Assembly (NCBI GenBank): GCA_963765205.1
Contig: CAVXVB010000010.1
Span: 1 to 56,718 of the forward strand
Direction of reading: 5' to 3'
Source: an uncultured Verrucomicrobiae bacterium
GTDB lineage: Bacteria; Verrucomicrobiota; Verrucomicrobiia; Opitutales; JABDGR01
Length of the DNA stretch: 56,718 bases
Shown: positions 55,901 through 56,718 of the stretch, piece after piece
Layout of the letters: every line of letters begins with the position of its first letter
Numbering within the stretch: position 1 is the first letter of the stretch
Program-made: the position numbers and the translations under genes
The notes under the pieces: model-generated
What the model was told of the DNA's origin: nothing
The model's input: only the letters and a program-made list of their open reading frames with translations
Database searches by the model: none

Positions 55901-56718
55901 CGGCTCAGCAGAAGTAAGGGCGGGCACCCTCATTATCACCGCGAGAGACTGGGCACCAGCAATAATCTGGCGAACGAAGGCGCGCCGTGAACGCTGGGGC
56001 GCAACCTCCGAGCTGGTGCAAACATCAGGAGATGGCCGCCATCGCCATGCCGACGAACTGCTCACGTTGACACCCGAGGCGGGGAGAGCGGGGGCGCTGG
56101 AGAATGTCAATGGCAAAAACTAGGCCGGCAGCGTCATCGCCAAACTCAAAATACCATTAAACAACACGGCGGCCGAGAGCAGGCACCTACAGCTCCAACG
56201 TGGGTTTTTCCAGCGCGGGGCCGACGCTGACCTTCCATGGGCGCGGGCAACACAAGACGATTTCGACCCCCCTCGCGGGACCCTCGAACAACCTGAGAGA
56301 ACACCAACATGAGCGCGGGCAGCTCCTTGTTGATTTCCAACGCCACGAACCAACAACACCTACACCGGGACGACCACGGTCAACGGCGGCATCCTGCAAT
56401 TGCAAGGCAACACGACCGCCAACACTTCTACGGCAACGGTAGGGTGGCCTAATACACTCGGCGGCGGGCGGCCTTAGATACGACAACTCGAACACACGGG
56501 CAACGGCGCTGCTGACGGACACGAACAAATGCAAGGCGTGGGAAACATGGTGCTCAACGGCGGGACACGTGGGAGACCGGAATCCCGCCAACGCCGGCGG
56601 CACGGAGCTGGGGTTCCTCGACCAATGGCGTCGCCACGCCCAGTCCAGTTTTACGGAAACCTTTGAATACCCTGACGCTGAGCACCAACTCGAACCTCAC
56701 CCTCGGGTCGGGCAGCAA
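52976..56718. other. Degraded inverted copy of 49152-52971 (fold-back chimera, probable sequencing/assembly artefact)
   Basis: Palindrome centre CACCAACAACG-tgcc-CGTTGTTGGTG at 52961-52986; the window end reverse-complements to 49152; dense indels only in the right arm. Confidence 0.93.

Noticed and set aside
52976..56718. Second adhesin paralogue/pseudogene or invertible antigenic-variation cassette
   Set aside because: Mirror image from an exact fold point with noise-like indels; no recombinase or flanking inversion sites.

Overview
GC-rich bacterial contig, probably Verrucomicrobiota/PVC (inferred from gene content, not verified), with long-read-type single-base indels. Positions 1-22786 (minus strand) hold one giant secreted beta-strand-repeat adhesin (>7,500 aa, runs off the left edge) with nested tandem duplications. 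Next come an OmpH/Skp gene, a HEAT-fused RNA methyltransferase, a lower-GC TcmP + DUF5131 pair, and uup. The most interesting part is a ~15.7 kb accessory island (30018-45675) containing a tight five-gene operon: HEPN-like/STAND-ATPase/WD40 #1, an HD-GYP-like hydrolase, Zn-ribbon/HEPN-like/STAND/WD40 #2, an Ig/kinase/permuted-DHH fusion and a HEPN/TIR-like fusion. It is a candidate undescribed paired-NLR, nucleotide-signalling defence system. The island appears to split a REP-like palindromic element, and a methyltransferase cassette at its right end sits between two 143-bp direct repeats. glgA, an exosortase and a PEP-CTERM adhesin follow. From 52976 to the end, the sequence is a degraded inverted copy of 49152-52971, almost certainly a fold-back sequencing artefact. 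All domain calls come from motif reading, not database searches.
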